From NCBI GenBank assembly GCA_039589315.1, contig JBDHHQ010000018.1, positions 17,705-81,704 of the forward strand: a stretch of DNA of 64,000 bases. The letters are read 5' to 3'. The position numbers and the translations under genes are program-made. Origin of the DNA: Gemmatimonadota bacterium. Lineage in GTDB: Bacteria > Gemmatimonadota > Gemmatimonadetes > Longimicrobiales > Gaopeijiaceae. Of the stretch, positions 47,494 through 56,652 are shown in pieces. The notes under the pieces are model-generated. The model was not told the origin of the DNA, made no database searches, and worked only from the letters and a program-made list of their open reading frames with translations. Position 1 is the stretch's first letter; each line of letters opens with the position of its first letter.

Positions 47494-50400
47494 TCACGGC
47501 TCCCGTCGCTCCACGGCCTGGTCCGTGATGGCCAGCGCCACGGCGTCGTGCACGGCCCGTCGCAGCGGAACGTGTAGGCCGTTTTCTCTCGTGGGATTCA
47601 CGCGCGTCGTGAGGAGCACGACGAAGACGTCCCGCTCCGGATCGATCCACAGCGACGTGCCCGTATAGCCGGTGTGGCCGAAGGCGTCCCGGGTAAAGTA
47701 GTCGCCCGCCGAAGAACGGTCCGACGGCGTGTCCCACCCCAGGGCTCGGCTGGCCGTGTCGTCGAAGCGCGCGGTGAACGACGCCACGGTCCCCGCTTCC
47801 AGGATGCGTGCCGCCCCCCCGCCGCGGGCGGCGCAGAGGCCGGTGTCACCGTCGCCGTGTGGGCAGGGTCCGGACTCGCCGCCATTCAGCATCATCTGAG
47901 CGAAGGCCGCCAGATCGGCGGCCGACGAGAACAGGCCGGCGTGGCCGGCCACACCCCCCATGGCGTAGGCGTTCTCGTCGTGGACCACGCCGTGGACGTG
48001 AACGTGACGGAATACCGTGTCGACCTCGGTCGGCGCGATGCGGGGCAGGAGGGAGCCATCGGGCGTGAAGCCCGAGTCGGCCATTCCCAGTGGATCGAGG
48101 ATCCGCTCGGACACGAAGTCGTCCAGCGGCCGGCCCGAGATCTCCGCGACGATGAACCCCAGCGTCATGAGGCCGATGTCCGAGTACACGGTGCGCTCGC
48201 CGGGCACGTACTCCAGCGGCTCGGCGCCGATGGCGTCCCGGTAGGCTGTCTCCCCCTCCACCTCGAAGTAGAACCGGCGGAAGGGCGGCAGCCCCGCTCG
48301 GTGGATCAGGAGCTGCCGGACCGTGACGCCTGCCTTTGCAGGGTCGCCGTCGTCCCACCAGGGCAGGTAGTCAACCACGCGCGCGTCCAGGTCCAGACGC
48401 CCCTCGTCGACGAGCAACATGGCGGCGGTGGTGGTAGCCACCACCTTGGTCACCGACGCCATGTCGTAGATGGAGCGGGGTCCAGCCGGCGGTGCGCCGT
48501 CGTCCCAGTCCAGTCGGCCGTAGCCCCGCAGGCGCACGATCCGACCGTGGCGGCCCACGGCCAACACCGCTCCCGGCGTGGCCCCGTCACCGATCGCCCG
48601 AAGGATCAGCGTGTCCACCGTCTGCAGGGCACCGCCGTCCATCCCGGCCCTCTCCGGGTCGACCTCGGCCGGGGAGACGGTCATCACGGACGTTCGCGGA
48701 CACTCGGCAGGCGGCGTGTCCGCGCTGACCTCCGAGCCCGGCCACGACCAGCACCGGGACGGGGCCGCCAGCACCCGGGCCACGTCCGGCGCGACGCGCG
48801 GCCCCGCCACCATGCCCGCCTCCACCAGCGGGTCGCCCGCCGGCCGGAGTGACCGGAGCTGGGCGGCTCGATCCAGTCCGTCGCCGGCGGCGTGCAGGGG
48901 AGGAATCGACACGGGGAGCCGGCCTCCGATGGCGTTCTGCCCCACGAGCGCACGGGCCGCGGCGGTCTGCGACACCTCACGATCCCCCCACGCCACCAGG
49001 TACGTCCCCACCTCGGGGAAGCCCGTGAGCACGTACGGGCTCCCGAACGAGATCACCACAGTCGGGGCGGTACCGTCCACGTGGCTGACGAGAGCCGCGA
49101 AGCCTTCGGGCACGCCCACGGAGCCAGCCCCCGAGCGGGGGGGCATATAAGCGCTCACCACGACCAGGTCGTAGGCCTCGGCCAACGCCCGGGCCGAGTC
49201 GTATTGCGGGGCCGTGGTGGCCGGCCCGAACCGGAGCCGCTCCACCCGGTCGACATAGCGGGCCAGGAGTGGCTCGAATGCCGAGCCGGCCAGCAGGTCG
49301 TCGTTCCGAGCCCAGGTGACGCTGAGCACGCGACGCGTGCGGGCCGGATCCAGGGGCACCAGGCCGTCCCGGTCCCTGGGCAGGGTGACGGCCCGGGACG
49401 CCATGTCGTCGGCCACCGCCAGGTGGGGGCCGGTCCCCACCTTCTCGGACACCTCGTCCAGGGGGACGGTGGCCCAGCGGTGCAGGCCGGTTCGGGCCTT
49501 CAGCTGTAGAATCCGGCGCGCCGACGACTCCAGACGAGCCCGGGACAGCCGTCCGGACTCCACGGCCGCGACGACCGCGTCGATGGCGCCGGGGACGTCG
49601 GCCGGGGCCAACAGGACGTCGGAGCCTGCCTCCAGCGCCAGGACCGCGGCCTCGCCGGCGCCGTACGCCTCGGTGATGGCGCCCATGCGCAGCGCGTCCG
49701 TGAACAGGACGCCGTCGAAGCCCATCTCCTCTCTCAGCAGCCCCGTCATGAGCTCTGGTGACAGGGTAGCCGGAGGCGCGTCCTCTCCCAGCAGGGCGGG
49801 CATGGCTACGTGCGCTGTCATGACCGCGTCCACCTCGGCGTCGATGCCGGCCTGGAACGGGACCAGCTCCACGGCGTTCAGACGGGAACGGTCGGCGGCT
49901 ACCACCGGCACGGCGATATGGGAGTCGACGCTCGTGTCCCCGTGCCCGGGAAAGTGCTTGGCCGTGCTGAGGGCGCCCCCTTCCCTGACGCCCCGGATGA
50001 AGGCCGTGCCGAGGCGGGCAACCGCCTTGGGGTCCTCCCCGAAGGCCCGCGTGTTGATGACCGGGTTCAGCGGGTTGGAGTTCACGTCCAACACCGGCGC
50101 GAAGATCATGTGGACGCCCACCGCCCGCGCCTCCACCGCCGTGATCCGTCCGTACTCGAAGGCCGCCTCGTCTTCGCCGATGGCGCCGAACGCCATGGTG
50201 GGGGGAAAGCTCGTGCCGCCACCCTGCGGTAAGAGCGAAGGAATGGCATAGGCGTGGTTGATCCGCATCCCCGGTCCCCCGTTCTCGAAGTCCGAGGTCA
50301 CCAGCAGCGGCACGCGGGCGATCTCCTGCAGGTGGTTGAGCTTGTCCGCGTAGCTGTGGGGCAGCCCGATGGAGATGGAGACGCCGCCGATCCCACGCTC

Positions 50401-50676
50401 CACCCAGTCGGCCAGCTCCTGGAACTCGGGACTGGAGGGCGACGTGTACGAGCCGGCAATCCAGGGGATCACGAGCTGCGCGGCGAGGGCGTCCAGCTCC
50501 AGCGAGACCAAGGTGGAATCCACCCAACTGCGGGCCTCCGGCGCCAGGGCATCGAGGGGAGTGACGCCGGCCGGCGGACGGGGGGGCCGGGAAGGTGGAG
50601 TCTCGGTTCTGGAGCTGCACGCCGCAGCCAGCAGGACACCCGCCAAACAGACGGCAGGCGTCCTTCTACCGATCAC
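47494..50676 (-). CDS. GH3 beta-N-acetylglucosaminidase fused to serine hydrolase (AmiE/beta-lactamase-like) domain, lipoprotein
   Basis: Lipobox AAAC; KHFPGHGD...DSH, FTDAL; C-terminal SVTK (SxxK), YSD, GHTG. Confidence 0.9.
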   Translation of the reverse strand: MIGRRTPAVCLAGVLLAAACSSRTETPPSRPPRPPAGVTPLDALAPEARSWVDSTLVSLELDALAAQLVIPWIAGSYTSPSSPEFQELADWVERGIGGVSISIGLPHSYADKLNHLQEIARVPLLVTSDFENGGPGMRINHAYAIPSLLPQGGGTSFPPTMAFGAIGEDEAAFEYGRITAVEARAVGVHMIFAPVLDVNSNPLNPVINTRAFGEDPKAVARLGTAFIRGVREGGALSTAKHFPGHGDTSVDSHIAVPVVAADRSRLNAVELVPFQAGIDAEVDAVMTAHVAMPALLGEDAPPATLSPELMTGLLREEMGFDGVLFTDALRMGAITEAYGAGEAAVLALEAGSDVLLAPADVPGAIDAVVAAVESGRLSRARLESSARRILQLKARTGLHRWATVPLDEVSEKVGTGPHLAVADDMASRAVTLPRDRDGLVPLDPARTRRVLSVTWARNDDLLAGSAFEPLLARYVDRVERLRFGPATTAPQYDSARALAEAYDLVVVSAYMPPRSGAGSVGVPEGFAALVSHVDGTAPTVVISFGSPYVLTGFPEVGTYLVAWGDREVSQTAAARALVGQNAIGGRLPVSIPPLHAAGDGLDRAAQLRSLRPAGDPLVEAGMVAGPRVAPDVARVLAAPSRCWSWPGSEVSADTPPAECPRTSVMTVSPAEVDPERAGMDGGALQTVDTLILRAIGDGATPGAVLAVGRHGRIVRLRGYGRLDWDDGAPPAGPRSIYDMASVTKVVATTTAAMLLVDEGRLDLDARVVDYLPWWDDGDPAKAGVTVRQLLIHRAGLPPFRRFYFEVEGETAYRDAIGAEPLEYVPGERTVYSDIGLMTLGFIVAEISGRPLDDFVSERILDPLGMADSGFTPDGSLLPRIAPTEVDTVFRHVHVHGVVHDENAYAMGGVAGHAGLFSSAADLAAFAQMMLNGGESGPCPHGDGDTGLCAARGGGAARILEAGTVASFTARFDDTASRALGWDTPSDRSSAGDYFTRDAFGHTGYTGTSLWIDPERDVFVVLLTTRVNPTRENGLHVPLRRAVHDAVALAITDQAVERREP

Positions 50677-52573
50677 CCGCCCTGCTCCTGGTCGGGATCT
50701 GGATCCCGTCGCCGATCTCGAAGAAGGGGGGGATGCGGGTCGGGGTGCGACCTTCCACGGGTACCGAGCCCAGGAGCGCCCGCGCGGCTGCCCGCTGGCT
50801 CACGCGGGCCGAGCTCCACGCCAGGACGTACGCCCGCACGTCCGGGAACTCCCGGAGCAGGTAGGGATTGCCGAAGGACACCACCACGTGTGGGATCCGT
50901 GCCTCGGCAAGATCCTGGATGAAGCCGGAGAACTCCTCCGGAAGCGTCATCTTGCCCTGATACGAGATGCCGGCCACGTGCAGCGAGACCACGACCAGGT
51001 TCGCTCGCCGGGCCCTTTGTAGTAGCGGCTCGTAGACGTCGGGGTCCGTGTCACGCTCAACGGTGGCCGTGCGGAGGCGCGGGTACGTGGCCCGGAGCGT
51101 GCCGTCGAAGTAGCGTCCCGCCAGGAGGTCGTTTCGCCTGCGGTACGTGATGGACAGCACGCTGGCGCTCCGGGTGCCCGCCAGCGGCAGCAGGTTCCCG
51201 TCGTTCTTCATCAGGGCGATGGAGCGATTGGCGACCTCCTGGGCCAGCTCCGTGTGTGAGGGGATCCCGACCTTGCGGGGGACCGCCTCGATGTCCACGA
51301 GGGGGTTCCGGTCCAGGCCCAGATCCTGCTTGGCTCTGAGGATCCGGAGCACGGACGCGTCGATGCGCGCAACGGTGATCCTGCCGTTCCGTACTGCTGC
51401 CACCACGCCCTCGATGGCCCGGCGGGCGGAGGGCGGCATGAGGATCACGTCGGCCCCCGCGAGCACGGCCCGGACAGCCGCCTCCTGGCGACTGTGCCGG
51501 CGGGCGATGGCCGCCATGTCCATGGCGTCGGTGAAGATGAGCCCCTTGAAGCCCATCTCGCCCCGGAGCAACGTCGTGAGGACGTTCTCGCTCAGTGTCG
51601 CCGGCGTCCCGTTGTCCTCTGTGATCGACGGCACCGCGATATGGGCCGTCATGATGCCCCCTACGCCTTCCTCGATCGCACGCTTGAACGGAACCAACTC
51701 GATGGAGTCGAGGCGGAGGCGGTCCACGGTGATGAGCGGCAGATCCATGTGGGAGTCCACGTCGGTGTCGCCATGTCCCGGAAAGTGCTTCCCGGTGGCG
51801 ATGCCCCCGTTGTCCTGGATCCCCCGCACGAACATGGCGCCCATGGAAGAGACGGCGGCGGGGTCTTCGCCGAACGCCCGCACGTTGATGACGGGATTGT
51901 CGGGGTTGTTGTTGACGTCGAGCACCGGCGCGAACGGCACGTGGATCCCCACCGCCCGGGCCTCCCTGGCGGTGACCGCCCCGACCTGATAGGCCAGCTC
52001 AGCGTCGCCGGTGGCACCGATGGCCATCATGGACGGGAACATGGTCGCGCCGCCCAGCGGAATCGTGCTGGGCAGATGGACGGCCCCTTGCATGCGGAAG
52101 CCGGCCCCGGTCTCGAGGTCGGCGGCCACCAGGAGAGGCAACGTGGACCGACGCTGCAAGGCGTTGAGCTTGACCGCAACGTCCACGGGTGTGCCCACCG
52201 AAGTGATCACCCCGCCGATCTGTTGGGAGTCGACCATCTCCGTGATGCGTGCCCAACCGCTGCTCCCGTTCGGCGAGAAGTCGCCCAGCACGAACGGCAT
52301 GAGCATCTGCCCTACCTTCTGCTCCAGCGTCAGCCGTCGAAGGGTAGCTTCGGCCCAGTCGGCGGGGGGCGGAAGCTCCGGCTCAGCCGGCGGCTCCGGA
52401 GTCGGGTCGGGGTCGGACGGGACCAGAGCCTCGTCGGGGGGTACGAGCTCAGGCGCCGAGGGCTCGGCAGGTGGCTGTGGCGGCGGCGGGGCCGAGCACC
52501 CGGCCAGTAGCACGGGCCAGATCAGAGCAGTCAACGGGAGCGGGAGACGGTGGCGGCTGGAAGGGGACCGCAT
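50666..52573 (-). CDS. nagZ: GH3 beta-N-acetylglucosaminidase (NagZ-type), lipoprotein
   Basis: Lipobox LAGC, Pro-rich linker, FAPVLDVN.NP.NPVIN.R, KHFPGHGDTDVDSH, FTDAM. Confidence 0.88.
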   Translation of the reverse strand: MRSPSSRHRLPLPLTALIWPVLLAGCSAPPPPQPPAEPSAPELVPPDEALVPSDPDPTPEPPAEPELPPPADWAEATLRRLTLEQKVGQMLMPFVLGDFSPNGSSGWARITEMVDSQQIGGVITSVGTPVDVAVKLNALQRRSTLPLLVAADLETGAGFRMQGAVHLPSTIPLGGATMFPSMMAIGATGDAELAYQVGAVTAREARAVGIHVPFAPVLDVNNNPDNPVINVRAFGEDPAAVSSMGAMFVRGIQDNGGIATGKHFPGHGDTDVDSHMDLPLITVDRLRLDSIELVPFKRAIEEGVGGIMTAHIAVPSITEDNGTPATLSENVLTTLLRGEMGFKGLIFTDAMDMAAIARRHSRQEAAVRAVLAGADVILMPPSARRAIEGVVAAVRNGRITVARIDASVLRILRAKQDLGLDRNPLVDIEAVPRKVGIPSHTELAQEVANRSIALMKNDGNLLPLAGTRSASVLSITYRRRNDLLAGRYFDGTLRATYPRLRTATVERDTDPDVYEPLLQRARRANLVVVSLHVAGISYQGKMTLPEEFSGFIQDLAEARIPHVVVSFGNPYLLREFPDVRAYVLAWSSARVSQRAAARALLGSVPVEGRTPTRIPPFFEIGDGIQIPTRSRAGDR

Positions 52574-52689
52574 CGTGGCTCGTTCGTCTCCTTCGCGTAC
52601 GGTTGCGTGCTCGTTTGACGGTGCCGGTGTTCCGGCGGATGTTGACCGCCCGCCAAGCTCGTCCGGTGTAGCTATCCCGGGGGAAACAT

Positions 52690-54036
52690 ATGACGTCAAC
52701 GACCCGCCCACAATCGTTATTTACCCTCTTCCCGCTCCTGGGAGCCCTCGCGTGCGGCGCGTCCGGAGACGCGTCGGCAGCACGGGCTCCCGGCGCAGAG
52801 GCCGGTGACCCGGCGCCGGTAGCCGCCGTCTCCGGCGTTGAAGCCGCCGATTCCCAATCCCCCTCGGCAAGTCCCGTGCGCGTGGGGATCGACGTGCTCC
52901 TCTCCGACTCGATCCACGTGGTGCGCGGTCGCCGTGTCGGTGTGGTCACGAACCACACCGGCATCTCCCACGACTCCGACGGTGGGCTGATCCACACGAT
53001 CGACCGTCTGGTCGCCCACCCCGAGATCGATCTCGTGGCCATATTCGGGCCCGAGCACGGATACCGAGGCGAGGCGGAGGCCGGTGAGCACGTGGCAAGC
53101 GGCCGTGACCCGGTCACCGGGCTCCCGGTGCACTCCCTCTACGGATCGAGCGACCGACGAAAGCCCACGCCCGACATGATGAAGGGTATCGACCTGATGC
53201 TCTTCGATATCCAGGACATCGGCGCTCGTTACTACACCTACGTATCCACGATGGCGCTGGCCATGGAGGCTGCGGGCGAAGCGGGGATCCCCTTCGTCGT
53301 TCTCGACCGGCCCAACCCCATCGGTGGCGTCGCCGTCCAGGGGACCGTGCTGGATCCGGAATTCGCGACCTTCGTCGGGATGTTCCCGGTGCCGATGCGC
53401 CACGGGTTGACCCCAGGCGAGCTGGCGCGGCTCATGGCGGGCGAGTTCGGGGTGGAGGCTTCGCTGATCGTGATTCCAGTCGATGGTTGGCGGCGCGGCA
53501 TGTCCTTCGACGAGACGGGCCTACCGTGGGTCGCACCGTCGCCCAACATGCCCAACATCGTGAGCGCCCTTCACTACCCGGGCACGTGCCTGTTCGAGGG
53601 GACGAGCCTGTCGGTGGGACGGGGCACGGACCGACCTTTTCAACAGGTCGGCGCCCCCTGGATCGATGGCGAGGCCCTGGCCAGCAGCCTCAACGCCGTG
53701 GGCCTTCCCGGCGTGCGCTTCGAGGCCACCACGTTCACGCCCGAACGACCTGGTGACCGGAAGTTCCCCGAAACGGCGGTTCAAGGTGTCCGCTTCGTGG
53801 CGCTGGACGAGTCCTACGACCCAACGCGCACGGCGGTGGCCGCGCTGGAGGCCGCCCGGTTCCAGTCCGGTGAGCACTGGGAGTGGCGCGTCAGCCACTT
53901 CGACCGACTGGCCGGCACGGACGAGCTGCGGCGATCGTTGGATGCCGGGTGGACGTGGGAGCGAGCCGTGGCTTCGTGGACCGAGCCGCTGCAGGCGTTC
54001 ATCGCGCTCCGGACCCCGTACCTGATCTATCCCTGA
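52690..54036 (+). CDS. namZ: Exo-beta-N-acetylmuramidase NamZ (DUF1343)
   Basis: GID.L, VTNHTG, FGPEHG, FDIQDIG.RYYTY, LDRPNP, RHG.T.GEL, PSPNMP, SVGRGT. Confidence 0.9.
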   Translation: MTSTTRPQSLFTLFPLLGALACGASGDASAARAPGAEAGDPAPVAAVSGVEAADSQSPSASPVRVGIDVLLSDSIHVVRGRRVGVVTNHTGISHDSDGGLIHTIDRLVAHPEIDLVAIFGPEHGYRGEAEAGEHVASGRDPVTGLPVHSLYGSSDRRKPTPDMMKGIDLMLFDIQDIGARYYTYVSTMALAMEAAGEAGIPFVVLDRPNPIGGVAVQGTVLDPEFATFVGMFPVPMRHGLTPGELARLMAGEFGVEASLIVIPVDGWRRGMSFDETGLPWVAPSPNMPNIVSALHYPGTCLFEGTSLSVGRGTDRPFQQVGAPWIDGEALASSLNAVGLPGVRFEATTFTPERPGDRKFPETAVQGVRFVALDESYDPTRTAVAALEAARFQSGEHWEWRVSHFDRLAGTDELRRSLDAGWTWERAVASWTEPLQAFIALRTPYLIYP

Positions 54037-54128
54037 CGGGCCGGCGGCCTCCGCCAGCACCTCAGCGGCAGGGCCCCTGCGACGTCACGGGCGCAGGGTG
54101 CCTGCGGGGCGCTCGACTCCCGTTCCGC

Positions 54129-54998
54129 TCAGGTAACGCCCTCTCCCACCGGCTTGGGCGTCACGGCGTCCATGAAGACGGCGTGGAGCCGGCGCGTGAC
54201 CGGTCCCACTCGCCCGTCGCCAAGGGGTTGGCCGTCCACCTCCACGGTCGGGTATACCTCGGTCGTGGTGCCGGTGTAGAAGAGCTCGTCCGCATCCTTC
54301 AGCGCCTCGGCCGAGAAGGCCCGCTCCTCCACGGGCACGCCGAGCTCACGGGCAAGCTCCAGGACGAATCCCCGAGTGATCCCGTGCAGGATCAGGTTGT
54401 TCGCCGGGTGCGTGACCAGCGTGCCGTCGAAGACGGCGAAGACGTTGGCGTGGCCGCCTTCGGTCACCACGCCGTCCCGTACGAAGATTACGTTCTGCGC
54501 CCCGGCCTCGGCCGCAGCCTGCATGGCCAGGGCGTTGGGGAGGAGCTGGATGGTCTTGATGTCCACCCGGTGCCAACGCTCGTCCGGCCACGTGATGGCA
54601 CGGAAGCCCTGCTCCCACCGCTCCCGAGCGGGGCGCTGGAAGGCCTTGGCGAAGCCGTAGACAGTCGGCTGTACCGGATCCGTGGGGAAAGCGTGGGTTC
54701 GAGGCGCCGCGCCTCGCGTGACCTGCATGTAGACCAGGGACGTCTCGGCATCCCCCAGGTCATTCCGGCTGAGCAGGCCCCGGTGGATGTCCTCCCAACC
54801 CGACAGGTCGAGGTCGATGCGTAGCTCGGACAGACCCCGCTGGAGACGTGCAGCGTGGCGGTCGAAGAGGAAGAGCCGACCCCGATAGACCGGCGTGACC
54901 TCATAGACACCGTCGGCAAGCACGAACCCGCGATCGTTCACGGATACGGTGGCCTGGTCGGCCGGCAGGTACTCCCCGTTCAGATAGACCGTGGACAT
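54129..54998 (-). CDS. dat: D-amino-acid transaminase (PLP fold IV)
   Basis: DRGF..ADGVYE, YMQVTRG...R.H.FP, RW.R.DIKT..LL.N, EG...N, L.GITR, TGTT.E. Confidence 0.88.
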   Translation of the reverse strand: MSTVYLNGEYLPADQATVSVNDRGFVLADGVYEVTPVYRGRLFLFDRHAARLQRGLSELRIDLDLSGWEDIHRGLLSRNDLGDAETSLVYMQVTRGAAPRTHAFPTDPVQPTVYGFAKAFQRPARERWEQGFRAITWPDERWHRVDIKTIQLLPNALAMQAAAEAGAQNVIFVRDGVVTEGGHANVFAVFDGTLVTHPANNLILHGITRGFVLELARELGVPVEERAFSAEALKDADELFYTGTTTEVYPTVEVDGQPLGDGRVGPVTRRLHAVFMDAVTPKPVGEGVT

Positions 54999-55027
54999 CG
55001 TTGCGCTCCTGGGCCTCCAGATTCACG

Positions 55028-55071
55028 AGAAACGGTCGGGACGCGGAGGGAGCCCTCCGCGTCCCGACCGT
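55028..55071 (-). terminator. Terminator downstream of pspA
   Basis: Perfect 18-bp stem ACGGTCGGGACGCGGAGG/CCTCCGCGTCCCGACCGT followed by TTCTC on minus strand. Confidence 0.75.
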
Positions 55072-55147
55072 CGACTTGTCTGGCCGCGGCGGCGCAAGAC
55101 CGACCCGACCGCTACCGAACATCGAGACCGTCGCACCGGGCCGACGC

Positions 55148-56032
55148 CTAGTTCAGGTCCTTCTCCAGGCGCTCGAATTCCTCGATGAGCTCGGCCTCGT
55201 GGATCACCGCGTCGCCTTCACCTTCCTCGGCCGTCTCGGCCTCGAGGGTCGGAGGCTCGGCCTTCTCGTCGCCTTCCCCCGCGGTGGCCTCGGCTTCCGC
55301 GCCGTCGCCGGTACCGATCTGCTTCGGCTCCTCGGACGGCGGCGCGGCGATGAGCCCCATCTCTGCCTTCAGCGCCATGAGCCGGTCCTCGACCTCCGAG
55401 CCGCCACCGGTGCCGGCCTCGATGCGCAGGAACTCGTCTTCCAGGGTGTCGCCGCCCAGCGCCTGATCCACCTCTGCCGCGGCCAGGGTACGCCGCTCCG
55501 ACTCCTCGATCTTCTCCGCCATGCGGTTGAAGGCATCGAATGCAGAGGTGTCGCTGAGACCCGACATGGTCTCGTGGATCCGCTTCTGGGCTTGTGCTCG
55601 CTTCTGCTTGGCGATCAGCAGGTTCCGCTTACGCTTAGCCTCTTCGATCTTGTCGTTGAGCTGCCGGAGAGAGTTCTTGAGCTTCTCGGTCTCGGTAGCC
55701 TGAGCTTGCCAGGTCTGTTGGAGCACATGGGCGCGCTGCGCGTGCTCCTGCTGCCGAACCAACGCCTGCTTCGCGAGCTCGTCCCTGCCCTGCTTGACCG
55801 CGAGCATCGCGCGGTGCTCCCAGTCCCGGGCCTGTTTGACCTCGTCGTCCAGCTGAGACCTGAGCTTCCGCTCGTCGGCAATCGCACCTGCGACCTCGCG
55901 CTTGGCGCTGGCGAGCTGATCGCGCATGTCCAGGATGATCTGGTTCAACATCTTCTCCGGGTTCTCGGCCCTGGAGATGAGATCGTTGATGTTGGACTTG
56001 ATCAGGGTGGACAGCTTGGTGAATATGCTCAT
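55148..56032 (-). CDS. pspA: PspA/IM30 family protein with acidic tail
   Basis: MSIF.KL..LIKSNINDLI..AENPEKML.Q.I.DM, long coiled coil, AF.RM.EKI. Confidence 0.93.
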   Translation of the reverse strand: MSIFTKLSTLIKSNINDLISRAENPEKMLNQIILDMRDQLASAKREVAGAIADERKLRSQLDDEVKQARDWEHRAMLAVKQGRDELAKQALVRQQEHAQRAHVLQQTWQAQATETEKLKNSLRQLNDKIEEAKRKRNLLIAKQKRAQAQKRIHETMSGLSDTSAFDAFNRMAEKIEESERRTLAAAEVDQALGGDTLEDEFLRIEAGTGGGSEVEDRLMALKAEMGLIAAPPSEEPKQIGTGDGAEAEATAGEGDEKAEPPTLEAETAEEGEGDAVIHEAELIEEFERLEKDLN

Positions 56033-56036
56033 CGCT

Positions 56037-56438
56037 TTAGCCCTCCACGGCGGAGCCCATGAGGGACTTGATCTCCTCGAGATGGCTCGACGCCGCGAGC
56101 TGGATGCTCTCGGCGGACGACTGCAGCTCATGGAAGTCCAGGGTCTCCAGCTCGAGCGTATCGCTCAGGATCAGCTCTCCCTCCTCGATGCCGTAGGCGC
56201 CGTGGACCACATCCGTCGCGTTGAGCTCCAGCAGGCGGCGGTACAGATCCATCAACCCCTGATCCTGCTGGGGCATGTCTACGACCTTCAAACGAACGAG
56301 GAGAAGAGGCGGTGAATGATGTACGACCATGGGCGCCCCATTGGCCTTGCTCTTGACCAGGAACATCCCCTCTTCCAGCTCTTCGTAATCCGCATCCATG
56401 CGGATCAGGAAGCTCTCGAGATCTTCTCGGGTGACCAT
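56037..56438 (-). CDS. CesT/YbjN-like chaperone-fold protein
   Basis: 133 aa acidic; LYRRLLELNA...HGAYG; 4 nt upstream of pspA. Confidence 0.7.
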   Translation of the reverse strand: MVTREDLESFLIRMDADYEELEEGMFLVKSKANGAPMVVHHSPPLLLVRLKVVDMPQQDQGLMDLYRRLLELNATDVVHGAYGIEEGELILSDTLELETLDFHELQSSAESIQLAASSHLEEIKSLMGSAVEG

Positions 56439-56652
56439 GCCGTCTCCATGAGGTTGGGCCGCAGCGTCGTCGTGCGGCCGCAGGCTGATCGTGGGTTGTG
56501 GTACCTGGCCCTACGATGCCCGGGAGGCGCCGGTTTCCGACACCTCCGGCCCACGGGGCGTCGAAGGTAACACGCCTTCCGGAGGCCGGCGAGCCGAATC
56601 AGCGTGTCTGCCGCCCCCGGCCGCGCCCCTCGCGAAATCCCCGTCTTGCCTG

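Noticed and set aside
47494..48700. Beta-lactamase resistance determinant
   Set aside because: The SxxK domain is fused to GH3 within a NamZ/NagZ cluster, which fits an AmiE-like recycling hydrolase better.
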